Below, piece by piece: positions 49,552-59,652 of a DNA stretch of 64,000 bases; position 1 is the first letter of the stretch, and each line of letters begins with the position of its first letter. The stretch spans positions 1,376,001 through 1,440,000 of the forward strand of contig OY776215.1 of NCBI GenBank assembly GCA_963675495.1. The letters run 5' to 3'. The DNA comes from an uncultured Methanolobus sp. (GTDB lineage Archaea; Halobacteriota; Methanosarcinia; Methanosarcinales; Methanosarcinaceae). Both the position numbers and the translations under genes were made by a program. Below the pieces are notes generated by a model. It saw only the letters and a list, made by a program, of their open reading frames with translations. It did no database searches and was not told where the DNA came from.

Positions 49552-50423
49552 GCAATACACCCCATGCTGCGGAGAACATTTTCAAGTTCAACACTGTTCT
49601 CTTCACTAAGAGGTGCAAGAGGAAGCCTCATTGTCCCGCTTGACAGACCGAGAAGTTCTACGGCACGCTTCACAGGAATTGGATTAGTCTCCGTGAATAA
49701 TTCACGGATCAAGGGTGCCATCTCAAAGTGAAACTTTCTCGCTGTTTCAAGATCACCGGCGTTTACTGCATCGTAAAGCTTGACCATCATTTCAGGAACG
49801 ATGTTGGCAACAACAGATATTACACCTGCTCCGCCCATTGCAAGTATTGGGAATGTGAGCCCGTCCTCTCCTGAGAGAACGACAAAATCCTCATCCACTG
49901 TCTGTTCAAGTATCTGAGATACTTTTACAAGATCGCCACTTGCCTCTTTTACAGCAACGATGTTATCTACTTTTGAAAGCTCGATAATGACTTCCAAAGG
50001 CATGTCCTGTCCTGTCCTGGAAGGTACGTTATATAATACAATAGGGAGATCTGCAGATTCCGCTATTTTCTTAAAATGAGCTATAAGCCCTGCATTATTA
50101 GGCTTAACGTAATATGGGGATATGATAAGAGCGCCATCAGCTCCTGCATCCGCCGCGTGTTTAGTGAGTTCGACTGCTTCAAGGGTGTTGTTAGAACCGG
50201 TACCTGCCATGACAGGAACCTTTGAACAATCAACACAAAGATTGATCAGTTCTTTATGCTCCCCGGTTGACAGGGTAGCAGATTCTCCAGTCGTGCCGCT
50301 GACAACAACTCCGGAAACGCCGCCTTCTTCAACATGATTGACAATATTTCTGAAACTTTCCGCATCAATGTTATTGTCATTTGTGAATGGCGTTACAAGA
50401 GCAGGCAAAACTCCTTCGAACAT
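49548..50423 (-). CDS. dapA: 4-hydroxy-tetrahydrodipicolinate synthase
   Basis: GTTGES, LYNVPSRTG, VKEASG, ETNPIPVK. Confidence 0.96.
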   Translation of the reverse strand: MFEGVLPALVTPFTNDNNIDAESFRNIVNHVEEGGVSGVVVSGTTGESATLSTGEHKELINLCVDCSKVPVMAGTGSNNTLEAVELTKHAADAGADGALIISPYYVKPNNAGLIAHFKKIAESADLPIVLYNVPSRTGQDMPLEVIIELSKVDNIVAVKEASGDLVKVSQILEQTVDEDFVVLSGEDGLTFPILAMGGAGVISVVANIVPEMMVKLYDAVNAGDLETARKFHFEMAPLIRELFTETNPIPVKRAVELLGLSSGTMRLPLAPLSEENSVELENVLRSMGCIA

Positions 50424-50447
50424 GGGAATATCCCTTCACCAGAAACG

Positions 50448-50642
50448 TTACTGTGGTGGCTTGTATGTCATCTTTCTTGTCACATATCCAGCTACACGGT
50501 TTCTGATAACCTTGCTCTCGATGGTTGTGTACTTTGTAACAAGGAGCTTGTTCTGATCGAAGTCTGTTGTAAACACATCACTATGGTTTGTAGCTAAGCG
50601 AATTGCAATTCTCTTAATGTTAGTCTGTCTAATATTTCCCAT
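50448..50642 (-). CDS. rps17e: 30S ribosomal protein S17e
   Basis: [11 protein letters not shown]...FTTDFDQNK...[13 protein letters not shown]. Confidence 0.96.
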   Translation of the reverse strand: MGNIRQTNIKRIAIRLATNHSDVFTTDFDQNKLLVTKYTTIESKVIRNRVAGYVTRKMTYKPPQ

Positions 50643-50772
50643 GATAATTCTCCATTATTAATATGAAATCCTATTTAAGATGAAACTCTATAATAGTAAC
50701 TTGTATCGGGTTATAATAAATACCCTTACATTTATACCTTTTGGATTACTGGAACTGCACCAGAGGACTTTA

Positions 50773-51072
50773 TTATATATCTGTCTTTCCCAGAAGGCGA
50801 TCAATTGCCTTTGCTTCTTTGAAAACTGGCTCCCTTGAACCTTTTTGATTGAAGAAAAGGGCAATGAGCACTACCAAAAGTCCAAGGTTTGGATTATAAA
50901 AAGATAACAGTACGCCAAGCATAACGAGAGCTGATGCAAATATACCTTTCATAGCACCCTTACGATAAGAGTCAAGCCGGGTTCTTTTATATATGCGAAC
51001 ATCCCGCAAAGTAAGGAAGAGAACAACGACATAAGCCAGAATTGCTATATATGTATACATGTTTGCACCCAA
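50773..51072 (-). CDS. Small membrane protein, hypothetical
   Basis: Three hydrophobic segments; start may be at 51060. Confidence 0.7.
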   Translation of the reverse strand: MGANMYTYIAILAYVVVLFLTLRDVRIYKRTRLDSYRKGAMKGIFASALVMLGVLLSFYNPNLGLLVVLIALFFNQKGSREPVFKEAKAIDRLLGKTDI

Positions 51073-51181
51073 TATCTGTTCAAGGTCTTTGATATTATAT
51101 CAGGATTCCGTAGGAGATGAATTTTGAAGAAAGGAAACAGATGCATAATTTAATTAAATCCATGAATATAATAGGTGTTGA

Positions 51182-52270
51182 ATGAAAAACTCATCCCGGG
51201 AACGAATAACACTGCATCTGGACATGGATAGTTTTTTCTCATCCGTGGAAGTCAGAGAAAGACCCGAACTTAGAGGCTTGCCGGTAGTTGTGGGTTCTGA
51301 CCCAAAAGGCGGCAGTGGCAGAGGAGTTGTAAGCACATGCTCCTACGAGGCAAGGGAATTTGGCATACATTCCGGAATGCCCATATCAAAAGCATACAGA
51401 CTATGCCCTGATGCTGTTTACCTCAAGGTGAATATGAAGCTTTACAAGGATGCTTCGGAAAACATCATGGACACCATACGTATTTTCGCAGACAGGTTCC
51501 AGCAGGTAAGTGTGGATGAGGCTTACATCGACATTGGAGATTCGATAAATGATTATGAGTCTGCAATACTGCTTGCAGAAAAGATAAAAAGCGAGGTCAA
51601 TCGCTTGCAGGGACTTACATGCTCCATCGGGGTCGCACCCAACAAGGTCATTGCGAAAATAGCATCTGATTTCAATAAACCCGACGGACTTACCATTGTG
51701 AGACCTGAGGATGTGCAAAATTTCCTGTTCCCCCTGAACATATCTAAAATACCGGGAATTGGAAAGAAGACACAGCCCATACTTCAGGAAATGGGGATCG
51801 AGAAAGTGGGACAACTTGCAACATGCGATGTCCAGCTTTTGATAGCAAAATTCGGAAAGTTTGGGGTTCTGATGCATCAACTTGCAAATGGCATAGATAT
51901 GCGCGAAGTGAAAGAACGCGACGTAGTAAAATCAATAAGTACCGAGGATACTTTTGACGAAGACATATATGACCCTCTGGAAATTAAGAGATCCTTTAGC
52001 GAGCTTTCAGAGAAGGTGCATGCATCACTTATCAAAAAACATTTTAGGTTTAGGACAGTGACAATTAAAGTACGATTTGAAGATTTCAGGACATATACAA
52101 GGGCAAAGACATTGAATGCGGCCACTACGGATAAAGATGCTATCAGAAAAACAGCCCTTAGCCTTATGGAAGAGTTCCTTGGAAAAGGAAGATTCAGGCT
52201 GCTTGGCGTGGGAGTCACAAAACTTGAAAAACTTGATGAGAGACAGACATTTCTGAGTGATTTTCTGTAA
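51182..52270 (+). CDS. dbh: DNA polymerase IV (Y family)
   Basis: HLDMDSFFSSVE, CSYEAR, SVDEAY, KPDG. Confidence 0.93.
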   Translation: MKNSSRERITLHLDMDSFFSSVEVRERPELRGLPVVVGSDPKGGSGRGVVSTCSYEAREFGIHSGMPISKAYRLCPDAVYLKVNMKLYKDASENIMDTIRIFADRFQQVSVDEAYIDIGDSINDYESAILLAEKIKSEVNRLQGLTCSIGVAPNKVIAKIASDFNKPDGLTIVRPEDVQNFLFPLNISKIPGIGKKTQPILQEMGIEKVGQLATCDVQLLIAKFGKFGVLMHQLANGIDMREVKERDVVKSISTEDTFDEDIYDPLEIKRSFSELSEKVHASLIKKHFRFRTVTIKVRFEDFRTYTRAKTLNAATTDKDAIRKTALSLMEEFLGKGRFRLLGVGVTKLEKLDERQTFLSDFL

Positions 52271-52413
52271 TATCTTTTTTTGACCAGTCTCGGCAGATAT
52301 AAGTAATCAGGCCGCTCATGAATAAATGGGAGTAGATTCAGACGTTTGAATAGTAAATATTCGAAGAACTGGCCAATCCACAGTTAAAGAAGTGATGAAA
52401 AGGGAGTGGAATA

Positions 52414-52698
52414 TTGATATCAAAAGTACCCATAGACATTGGAAAAATGAAGAAGGAAGACATTAACAAAGAAATACTCAGAGCCGCACTGATAGCTGAA
52501 TTAGATGCAATCAACCTTTACGAGCAGATGGCAGATATGACCGAGAACGACGAAGTAAGAAGAGTTCTGCTTGATGTTGCAAAGGAAGAAAAGACCCACA
52601 TCGGCGAGTTCCAGACACTCCTGCTAAGGATGGACGAGGAGCAGGTCGAGGAACTTGAAGCCGGCAGAGAAGAAGTAGATGAAGAGTTGCACAAATAA
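52414..52698 (+). CDS. Short ferritin-like protein (Flp/EncFtn-like, two-helix)
   Basis: AELDAINLYEQ...EEKTHIGEF ferroxidase-type motifs; TTG start. Confidence 0.85.
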   Translation: MISKVPIDIGKMKKEDINKEILRAALIAELDAINLYEQMADMTENDEVRRVLLDVAKEEKTHIGEFQTLLLRMDEEQVEELEAGREEVDEELHK

Positions 52699-52715
52699 CT
52701 CATGGAGATGATAGT

Positions 52716-52985
52716 TTGTTCTCAGAAATTCCAATTGATATTGAAAAAGTAAGTAAAGAAGACCTTGACAAGGAGATCATGAGAGTTGCCATCATCGCGG
52801 AGTTCGATGCAATAAACATGTATGAACAAATGGCAAACCTTACCGAAGACAAGGACCTCAAGATAATCCTGCTTGACATAGCCAGAGAAGAAAAAGTACA
52901 TGCAGCCATGTTCCAGACAGTCCTCATGGAAGTGGACAGTGAATTTTTGCAGGTCATGGTAGACTATTCACTGACAAAGAAATGA
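52716..52985 (+). CDS. Short ferritin-like protein, tandem paralog
   Basis: AEFDAINMYEQ...EEKVHAAMF; TTG start. Confidence 0.85.
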   Translation: MFSEIPIDIEKVSKEDLDKEIMRVAIIAEFDAINMYEQMANLTEDKDLKIILLDIAREEKVHAAMFQTVLMEVDSEFLQVMVDYSLTKK

Positions 52986-53036
52986 GTTATTGATGTTTGT
53001 CGGGATAACCGGCATTACATACTTTTTTTTCATTGA

Positions 53037-53194
53037 GATACTGGAGAGAGTGGTGTCCGTTTCCTGTTGATGACCGGCAAGCCCATTGGAGAGTCTGTCG
53101 CATGTTGTGGGAAGTAGTCATGAATGCACAGGAGGAATTACAGCAGGCTTTTGATGATTACAGGAACGGGACTTTCATCAAGAATCTAAAATGA
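53037..53194 (+). pseudogene. Pirin C-terminal fragment (frameshifted)
   Basis: GVRFLLMTGKPIGESVA / VVMNAQEELQQAFDDYRNGTFI in two frames; no N-terminus. Confidence 0.75.
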
Positions 53195-53448
53195 TGAAAG
53201 TAGCGAATATGTAAAAGAGCAGATATTTCAAAGACCATTGTTATTAATTAATTTACAAATTCCGAAGGTGCAAAAGTTATGACACCCTCAATACTTGATC
53301 TGAAAATTTATTCTGGTGAACAGTTATACATTTTTTGCAAACTGAGAGTCTCATTACAACGTACACTTATAACTTGAATTTTGGAACTGTGGTCAAATAT
53401 TTAATATTTTGAGTAATAATTATCATATAGTTGGAAGTGACTTTCGAT

Positions 53449-55263
53449 ATGAATGTAAAGGTGAATAAATTAACATTTATTTTTTTAATCATTGCATTGA
53501 TAATAGGTCTATGTTCTGGTTGTCTCAGTACCAATGAAGATTCGCAAATAGATTCTCTTATCCAGACTCTGAGAGATGAAAATGAGAGTGTTCGAATGAA
53601 CGCAACGGAATCACTTGGTGAAATGGGAGAGCCGGCAGTCCAACCCCTTATTCGAGTAGTGAGGAATGAAAATGAGGATACGGATCTTCGAAGGTATGCA
53701 TTATATGCCCTCGGTTTGACGGAAGATGAAAAAGCAGTATATTTTCTGATTAAGATATTAGCGGATGAAAATGAGAAAACGGAACTCCGGATATCAGCAG
53801 GATCCGCCCTTATTAAAGCCGGCGATGTGGCGGTGGATCCACTTGTTCAAGTAATACTGAACAAAAATAGATATCCATCCGCCAAAGGCGGTGCGATAGA
53901 TATTCTTGGCACGATCGGAGATGAAAGAGCAGTAGAACCCCTTATTCAATTGTTGAAGGATAAAAATGAAAACGAGGATATTCGAAGGATTGCAGCGACT
54001 GCCCTTGGAGAAATTGGAGATGAGAGGGCAACAGAACCACTTGTTCAGGTAATGACTGATAAAAGTGATAATGAGCATGTGCGGGAAAGTGCAGCAAGAG
54101 CTCTTGGCGGAATTAAAGTAACGGCGGTAGAACCACTTATTCAAGTGATGACTGATGAAACTGAAAACAAGTACATTCGAAGATTTGCAGCGTATTCTCT
54201 TGCCGATACTGGAGATGAAAGGGCACTTGAGTCGCTTATACAGATGTTAGATGATGAGGAGATTAAAATTGACGCTGTGGACTCCCTTGCTAAAATGGGA
54301 AATGAAAGAGCAGTGGAGCCCCTTATTGAATCGTTGGATGATGAAAACCCTTTCATTAGAAGGCATGCTTCCCTGGCTCTTGGTGAGATAGGGGATGAGA
54401 AGGCAGTTCAACCCCTTATCCAAATGCTCAGTGACGATATATGGGAAGTTAGAAGGGATGCATCACAGGCTCTTGCCAACATGGGTGAACCGGCAGTTCA
54501 ACCTCTCATAAAGGCACTAGGGGATGAGAATGAGTTGACCAGAAAGGCCGCAGCGGACTCACTTAGTGAAATTGGAGACGAAAGAGCAGTAGAACCCCTC
54601 ATACAGTTGTTGAATGACGAGAATGACAACGTTATAAAAGCTGCAGCACAGGCACTTGGCAACATTAAGGACCCAAGAGCGATAGAACCTCTTATCCAGG
54701 CGTTGAAAGACAAGAATCCGGAATTTAGAAGAATCGTATCTGAATCACTTGCAAAAATGGGAGAAACTGCATTAGAACCACTCATGCTGGCACTGGAAAA
54801 CGAGGATAAGAATATAAAAAGAGGTGCAGTACTTGCCCTTGGAAGCACAGGAAATGAAAAAGCAGTAGAACCACTTATATTACTATTAAACGACGAAAGT
54901 GAAAATCTTCGAAAGAATGCGGCAGAGAGTCTTGGCAATATTGGCGATCAAAGAGCAGTGGAACCACTTATACAATTACAGAGTGATGACGATAAAAGTG
55001 TACAGATCAGAGCTATTTACGCCCTTGGCAATATTGGAGGGAAAAGGTCCGTCAATTGTCTAATTCAGATATTGGACAATAAAACAAAGGATATCGAAAT
55101 TAGAATATCAGCAGCGGAAGCTTTGGGATTTGCAGGAGATGAGAGAGCAATAGAATCACTAGATCAAGCTCGATCTGAAGAAGATATGCATCTTAGACGC
55201 TTCGCAAATAAAGCATTGATTTCTATTGAAATGAAGAATATGCCATCAATTAACAAAGCATAA
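53449..55263 (+). CDS. HEAT (PBS-lyase-type) repeat lipoprotein
   Basis: Hydrophobic N-terminus with GLCSGC lipobox; many ~31-aa R..AA.ALG.IGDERAVEPLI..L.DE repeats. Confidence 0.88.
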   Translation: MNVKVNKLTFIFLIIALIIGLCSGCLSTNEDSQIDSLIQTLRDENESVRMNATESLGEMGEPAVQPLIRVVRNENEDTDLRRYALYALGLTEDEKAVYFLIKILADENEKTELRISAGSALIKAGDVAVDPLVQVILNKNRYPSAKGGAIDILGTIGDERAVEPLIQLLKDKNENEDIRRIAATALGEIGDERATEPLVQVMTDKSDNEHVRESAARALGGIKVTAVEPLIQVMTDETENKYIRRFAAYSLADTGDERALESLIQMLDDEEIKIDAVDSLAKMGNERAVEPLIESLDDENPFIRRHASLALGEIGDEKAVQPLIQMLSDDIWEVRRDASQALANMGEPAVQPLIKALGDENELTRKAAADSLSEIGDERAVEPLIQLLNDENDNVIKAAAQALGNIKDPRAIEPLIQALKDKNPEFRRIVSESLAKMGETALEPLMLALENEDKNIKRGAVLALGSTGNEKAVEPLILLLNDESENLRKNAAESLGNIGDQRAVEPLIQLQSDDDKSVQIRAIYALGNIGGKRSVNCLIQILDNKTKDIEIRISAAEALGFAGDERAIESLDQARSEEDMHLRRFANKALISIEMKNMPSINKA

Positions 55264-55268
55264 TGGAG

Positions 55269-56012
55269 CTAAAAATTGAAGAACAAAAACAAAATCCCCA
55301 CAATCACCGGCTGATGCACCAGATAGATCAACAGCGACTTTTTCCCCAGATACCCCAGCAAGCTCACAACAGCATTTCCTTCGCATTCACACATTCTGAA
55401 GCTCCTCTGATAATCAGGATACAGGCTGTTCCCTGTAAAAACTCCCAGCAACACAACACCAAACCATGGAATCAGTGGGAAGTAGTCAAGAGTATAGAAA
55501 CCGTAGGGTTTGATGCCAAGCCAGAGCAGCCAGGGGAAATCTGCATAGGCAGTTTCCATGAAGATTCCTGCAAACAGGATTATAATACCTGCAATTAGAC
55601 TGAAATTTTTGTATTTTAGAAAAGGATATGCAAGGATAATAGAAACACCGATTAGGTGCAGTATTCCAAAATATATTGTTCCACGTGCAAGGAAAACAGC
55701 TGTGACAACTGTAATTACAAGACCCCATGCAAAGACACCTGCACCTCTTTTGAGAAAATGAGAGAACTGGTTCTGTGTGCCGTGTAAGGATAATGCGCGG
55801 GAATAACTTAGGGTTAGGGAAACGCCCACAAGGAAAATGAATAGGATTGCGGCACTGCGCCCGATTATCAGGAGAAGACCGGAATGCATATCCAATTCGT
55901 AGATCCCGAGAAAATCCAGGTCAAAAAAGAAATGATAGATAACCATCAGAAAGATGGCTATTCCGCGGAAAGCATCAACTTCAAAGAATCGTTTTTTCTG
56001 AATCTTATCCAT
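55269..56012 (-). CDS. DUF1624 / heparan-alpha-glucosaminide N-acetyltransferase-like membrane protein
   Basis: DAFRGIAIFLMVIYH, FGILH, DYFPLIPWFG, SLLIYLVHQP. Confidence 0.85.
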   Translation of the reverse strand: MDKIQKKRFFEVDAFRGIAIFLMVIYHFFFDLDFLGIYELDMHSGLLLIIGRSAAILFIFLVGVSLTLSYSRALSLHGTQNQFSHFLKRGAGVFAWGLVITVVTAVFLARGTIYFGILHLIGVSIILAYPFLKYKNFSLIAGIIILFAGIFMETAYADFPWLLWLGIKPYGFYTLDYFPLIPWFGVVLLGVFTGNSLYPDYQRSFRMCECEGNAVVSLLGYLGKKSLLIYLVHQPVIVGILFLFFNF

Positions 56013-56035
56013 TGTCTGTCCCTGAAATAAAAAGA

Positions 56036-56497
56036 TCACTTTTTCTTCTTTTTCTTATCTTTATTATCCTTGAAAACAGAGCCGAGGTGTAATGCATATG
56101 CTCCGTCCTCTTTAATAGCCATGACAATTTCCTTGCGGTCAAGCAGGGAATCGAGGTTCAGCTCATACGAACCCGGACCAAGGATACGCACAGATTCAAC
56201 ACGCTCGCCTTCCTCTTCAGTGACACTGGTATCCTTCTTTTCGATACCCAGAATGTCATCGATCTCCCGGACAATAGGCTCAGATTCTTTGTCATCTGTT
56301 TTTTCAGAGGAGGTTTCATCAATAACATTGTGCACTTCCTCGTTTTCAGATTCTTCGGCACTTTTAGTAGCTGACTTCTCAAGCTCAGCCTCACTCACGT
56401 AAAGGAACTTGTTCCATCCACAATTGGGGCATCCGCTCAATATTACTGAAGCACCGTCGATAAAGATAGATTCACATCTTGTGCACTTATGAGGCAT
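56036..56497 (-). CDS. Zn-ribbon protein (DUF2072/OapC-like)
   Basis: MPHKCTRC...GCPNCGWNKFLY, ESVRILGPGSYELNL. Confidence 0.8.
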   Translation of the reverse strand: MPHKCTRCESIFIDGASVILSGCPNCGWNKFLYVSEAELEKSATKSAEESENEEVHNVIDETSSEKTDDKESEPIVREIDDILGIEKKDTSVTEEEGERVESVRILGPGSYELNLDSLLDRKEIVMAIKEDGAYALHLGSVFKDNKDKKKKKK

Positions 56498-56571
56498 TGG
56501 TCCACCGACTTAAATAAGTATCATGATATATTAAAACACTTGCGACAAGCATGTAATAGACAGCAGGCTCA

Positions 56572-57435
56572 TCACTCTTTAAGGTATTTGCCGATCAGAG
56601 GATCGAGTCGTCTTTTGGTGTCATGAGGGATCATGGAAGGAACAGTAGTAATGGCACCTGCCAATGCATCCTTACACATACAATGCTGCTCAAGGCTTAG
56701 TTTATCCAGAGATTCAACAATTATATCCTTTACGGCAGCCTCGTTCTTCATGGCATTCTCAATGATAGCTTCGATGGTCACATCTTCCTCATGCCAGACA
56801 TCATAATCTGTTACTGTGGCTATCATAGAATAGCATATCTCAGCCTCACGGGCAAGTTTTGCCTCAGGAATAGCCGTCATACCGATTATATCAAAACCAA
56901 GTGATTGATACACACGGGATTCCGCACGGGTTGAGAACTGTGGACCTTCCATACAAACGTATGTACCGCCTTCCTTAACTGCATAGCCTTTGGACGTGGC
57001 AACATCTACTATGGCCTTTGAAGCTTCAGGACAGAACGGATCGGCAAATCCCATGTGTACAACAATTCCATCTTCAAAGAAAGTGGATGGTCTGGATCTT
57101 GTACGGTCATAAATCTGGTTTGGGATCACTATGTCCAGAGGCTTGAATTCTTCCCGCAGGCTTCCAACTGCAGATGCTGCGATTATGCGTTTCACACCGA
57201 GTTTTTTAAGTGCGAATATGTTGGCCCGGGAATTCAGTTCAGAAGGGGATATCCTGTGCCCCACGCCATGTCTTGGGAGGAAACAAACAGCCTTGCCACC
57301 ATGCTCACCGATGGTGATCGAATCAGAAGGTTTCCCAAAAGGAGTATCAATATCTACTTCACGCACATTGTCCAGCAGATTTGCGTCGTATATGCCGCTT
57401 CCACCTATTATTGCAATATCAGCTTTTTCTTGCAT
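56572..57435 (-). CDS. mtnP: S-methyl-5'-thioadenosine phosphorylase
   Basis: IIGGSG, LPRHG, EGPQFSTRAES, GMT..PEAKLARE, VTDYD. Confidence 0.9.
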   Translation of the reverse strand: MQEKADIAIIGGSGIYDANLLDNVREVDIDTPFGKPSDSITIGEHGGKAVCFLPRHGVGHRISPSELNSRANIFALKKLGVKRIIAASAVGSLREEFKPLDIVIPNQIYDRTRSRPSTFFEDGIVVHMGFADPFCPEASKAIVDVATSKGYAVKEGGTYVCMEGPQFSTRAESRVYQSLGFDIIGMTAIPEAKLAREAEICYSMIATVTDYDVWHEEDVTIEAIIENAMKNEAAVKDIIVESLDKLSLEQHCMCKDALAGAITTVPSMIPHDTKRRLDPLIGKYLKE

Positions 57436-57452
57436 TTTATCCCTCATGTTTT

Positions 57453-58151
57453 TCAGACAAGTTTCCAGTATTGTTTTCCATCCTCACTCACGGAACTTAC
57501 AATTCCCCGGCGGTGCATCTCGTCCATGATCTCAGGAAGCCTGCCAGGCTGAGCTATCTCGAATGCGAATGAACCCAGTGAATGATACATATACAGACCG
57601 TGCCTGATAGCAGAAACATCCCACATACTGCGGTCCTCTTTTTTCATGAGTGTTGTAATGAGGTCGATCATGTCTTCAATGAAATTCCACGGGAAAACAA
57701 CCCATGCCCATTCCTCAAGACGTTCACCACAATAGTCAGGGTCATGTGCGGAGGAATCAAGATATTGGAGAGTTGCAGTCCTTATTTCTTTTGGGTTCTG
57801 CTGCATAACATATTCGACCGAGCTTATCATGCTTTTACCCGTGTCGGCAATATCGTCGACAATGAGTATGTTCTTTCCTGCAACAGCATTGTCAGCAAGC
57901 GGGTATTTGATCATTGGTTCGTCACCGGCAAGTGCAGTACCGAGGTAGTGCTCTATCTTAAGACTTGTAAGGTCATCAAGACCCAGGAAATCACATAATA
58001 CACGACCTGCAAACCATCCACCCCTTGCAAGGGCAATTATCATATCGGGTTCATAGCCTGATGCTTTCACATCATTTGCAACTTCCCTGCAAAGGTCGTA
58101 AATGTAATCCCAGTTTGTAACAACACATTTGAATTTATCCGGTAACGCCAT
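57453..58151 (-). CDS. Type I phosphoribosyltransferase (purine PRT-like)
   Basis: LARGG, LIVDDIADTGKS PRPP loop, WVVFPW. Confidence 0.88.
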   Translation of the reverse strand: MALPDKFKCVVTNWDYIYDLCREVANDVKASGYEPDMIIALARGGWFAGRVLCDFLGLDDLTSLKIEHYLGTALAGDEPMIKYPLADNAVAGKNILIVDDIADTGKSMISSVEYVMQQNPKEIRTATLQYLDSSAHDPDYCGERLEEWAWVVFPWNFIEDMIDLITTLMKKEDRSMWDVSAIRHGLYMYHSLGSFAFEIAQPGRLPEIMDEMHRRGIVSSVSEDGKQYWKLV

Positions 58152-58292
58152 TTATATTCTCTCCGAGACACTATATTTAAAAAGATAAGATATATATTTT
58201 TTCAATATTGAAAATGTTGCTATACGAAACATGTATATACGATGTAGATGTTGAAAGAGGAGTACCCTTCCAAAATAAACATCAATCTCCAA

Positions 58293-58367
58293 AGCGGGGT
58301 GGGGTAGCCAGGAGATCCCGACGGGCTCATAACCCGTAGACCGATAGTTCGAATCTATCCCCCGCTA
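58293..58367 (+). tRNA. Initiator tRNA-Met(CAT), copy 1
   Basis: A1-U72 pair, GGG/CCC anticodon stem, CT CAT AA loop, GTTCGAAT. Confidence 0.95.
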
Positions 58368-58490
58368 CTTTACTAATATTACAATTTTGATTTAATATCA
58401 ATTAGTGTGTTAGAGACGTATTTTGGAAATATACATATATACCATGCAGACATAGGAAGATTACCCTTCCAGATTAAAAACAACCCTCGA

Positions 58491-58565
58491 AGCGGGGTGG
58501 GGTAGCCAGGAGATCCCGACGGGCTCATAACCCGTAGACCGATAGTTCGAATCTATCCCCCGCTA
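58491..58565 (+). tRNA. Initiator tRNA-Met(CAT), copy 2
   Basis: Identical 75-nt copy of 58293..58367. Confidence 0.95.
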
Positions 58566-58685
58566 CTTTTCTAACTTGTGTTTATGTTCCTGAGTTCAAA
58601 ATATCGACATTGTTGCTGCTACTCAAATAGCAACCTTATTAATGATTCATGAACTACGTTTTTCAATTAATCGAAGAGGATATGA

Positions 58686-59519
58686 ATGGAACTGTATATT
58701 ATTATGTTCGGGCTTGCTGCAGCACTTTGCTGGGGAACCGCAGATTTTAGCGGCGGTTTTGCCACAAAACGCAGTGGTGTACTAACAGTTGCCATCATTT
58801 CCCAGACAACCGGAATAATAATTCTTATTGCAACAGCACTTGCTTTTTCCGAAAGCATACCCTCTGCAACGGATATGCTATGGGGCGCATCCGCAGGACT
58901 TGCAGGAGGAATGGGTGTTCTTGCACTGTACCAGGCATTATCCGTTGAGAAAATGGGAATTGTAGCGCCTGTAACGGCTGTCATGAGTGCCCTTATTCCC
59001 GTATCATTCGGAATGGTTACAGAGGGACTGCCTGCCACAAGACAGCTTATAGGTTTTCTTTGTGCACTCATCGGCGTATGGCTTATATCCAGAGATCATG
59101 AGAGTTCGAAAATAGAACTGCAAAAACTCAAACTGCCGTTCCTGGCAGGCGCTGGATTCGGCCTGTTCATGATTCTTATTGACCAGGTTCAGGCGGAGGG
59201 AATATTCTGGCCTCTTGTGGGAGCTAGGATGGCAACTATTCCAACATTCATAATTGTTGCTTATTTCATGAAGCAGACAAAAGTACCCGGCATCAAGTAC
59301 CTTCCAATTATCCTGCTTGCAGGCATCCTTGATACAGGAGGAAATGTATTCTACGTACTTGCAGCAAAGACAGGAAGAATCGACATTGCTGCAATCCTTA
59401 CTTCAATGTACCCTGCAGTAACTGTGCTTCTTGCATGGATACTTCTGAAAGAGAAACTTGTATACAGACAATGTGCAGGGATTTTCTTTACAATGATAGC
59501 TGTTGTGCTGATAGCATAA
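58686..59519 (+). CDS. EamA/DMT-family transporter
   Basis: About 10 TM segments, WGTADFSGG, SMYPAVTVLLA...LKEK. Confidence 0.88.
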   Translation: MELYIIMFGLAAALCWGTADFSGGFATKRSGVLTVAIISQTTGIIILIATALAFSESIPSATDMLWGASAGLAGGMGVLALYQALSVEKMGIVAPVTAVMSALIPVSFGMVTEGLPATRQLIGFLCALIGVWLISRDHESSKIELQKLKLPFLAGAGFGLFMILIDQVQAEGIFWPLVGARMATIPTFIIVAYFMKQTKVPGIKYLPIILLAGILDTGGNVFYVLAAKTGRIDIAAILTSMYPAVTVLLAWILLKEKLVYRQCAGIFFTMIAVVLIA

Positions 59520-59652
59520 TGGAAAGGACGAACGCATTGTTTAGAAAGGCCATAATCTGGAAAACATAGTGAAAATAATATTCCCACTAGGATTAAATAT
59601 GAACTGCCCGTTTAATAGAAGAAAAGAGAGAACTAAAAAGGATGATCCTTAA

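Noticed and set aside
58293-58565. tRNA duplication as attL/attR of an integrated element
   Set aside because: Both copies are complete, have their own promoters and are only ~120 nt apart; no integrase or cargo.
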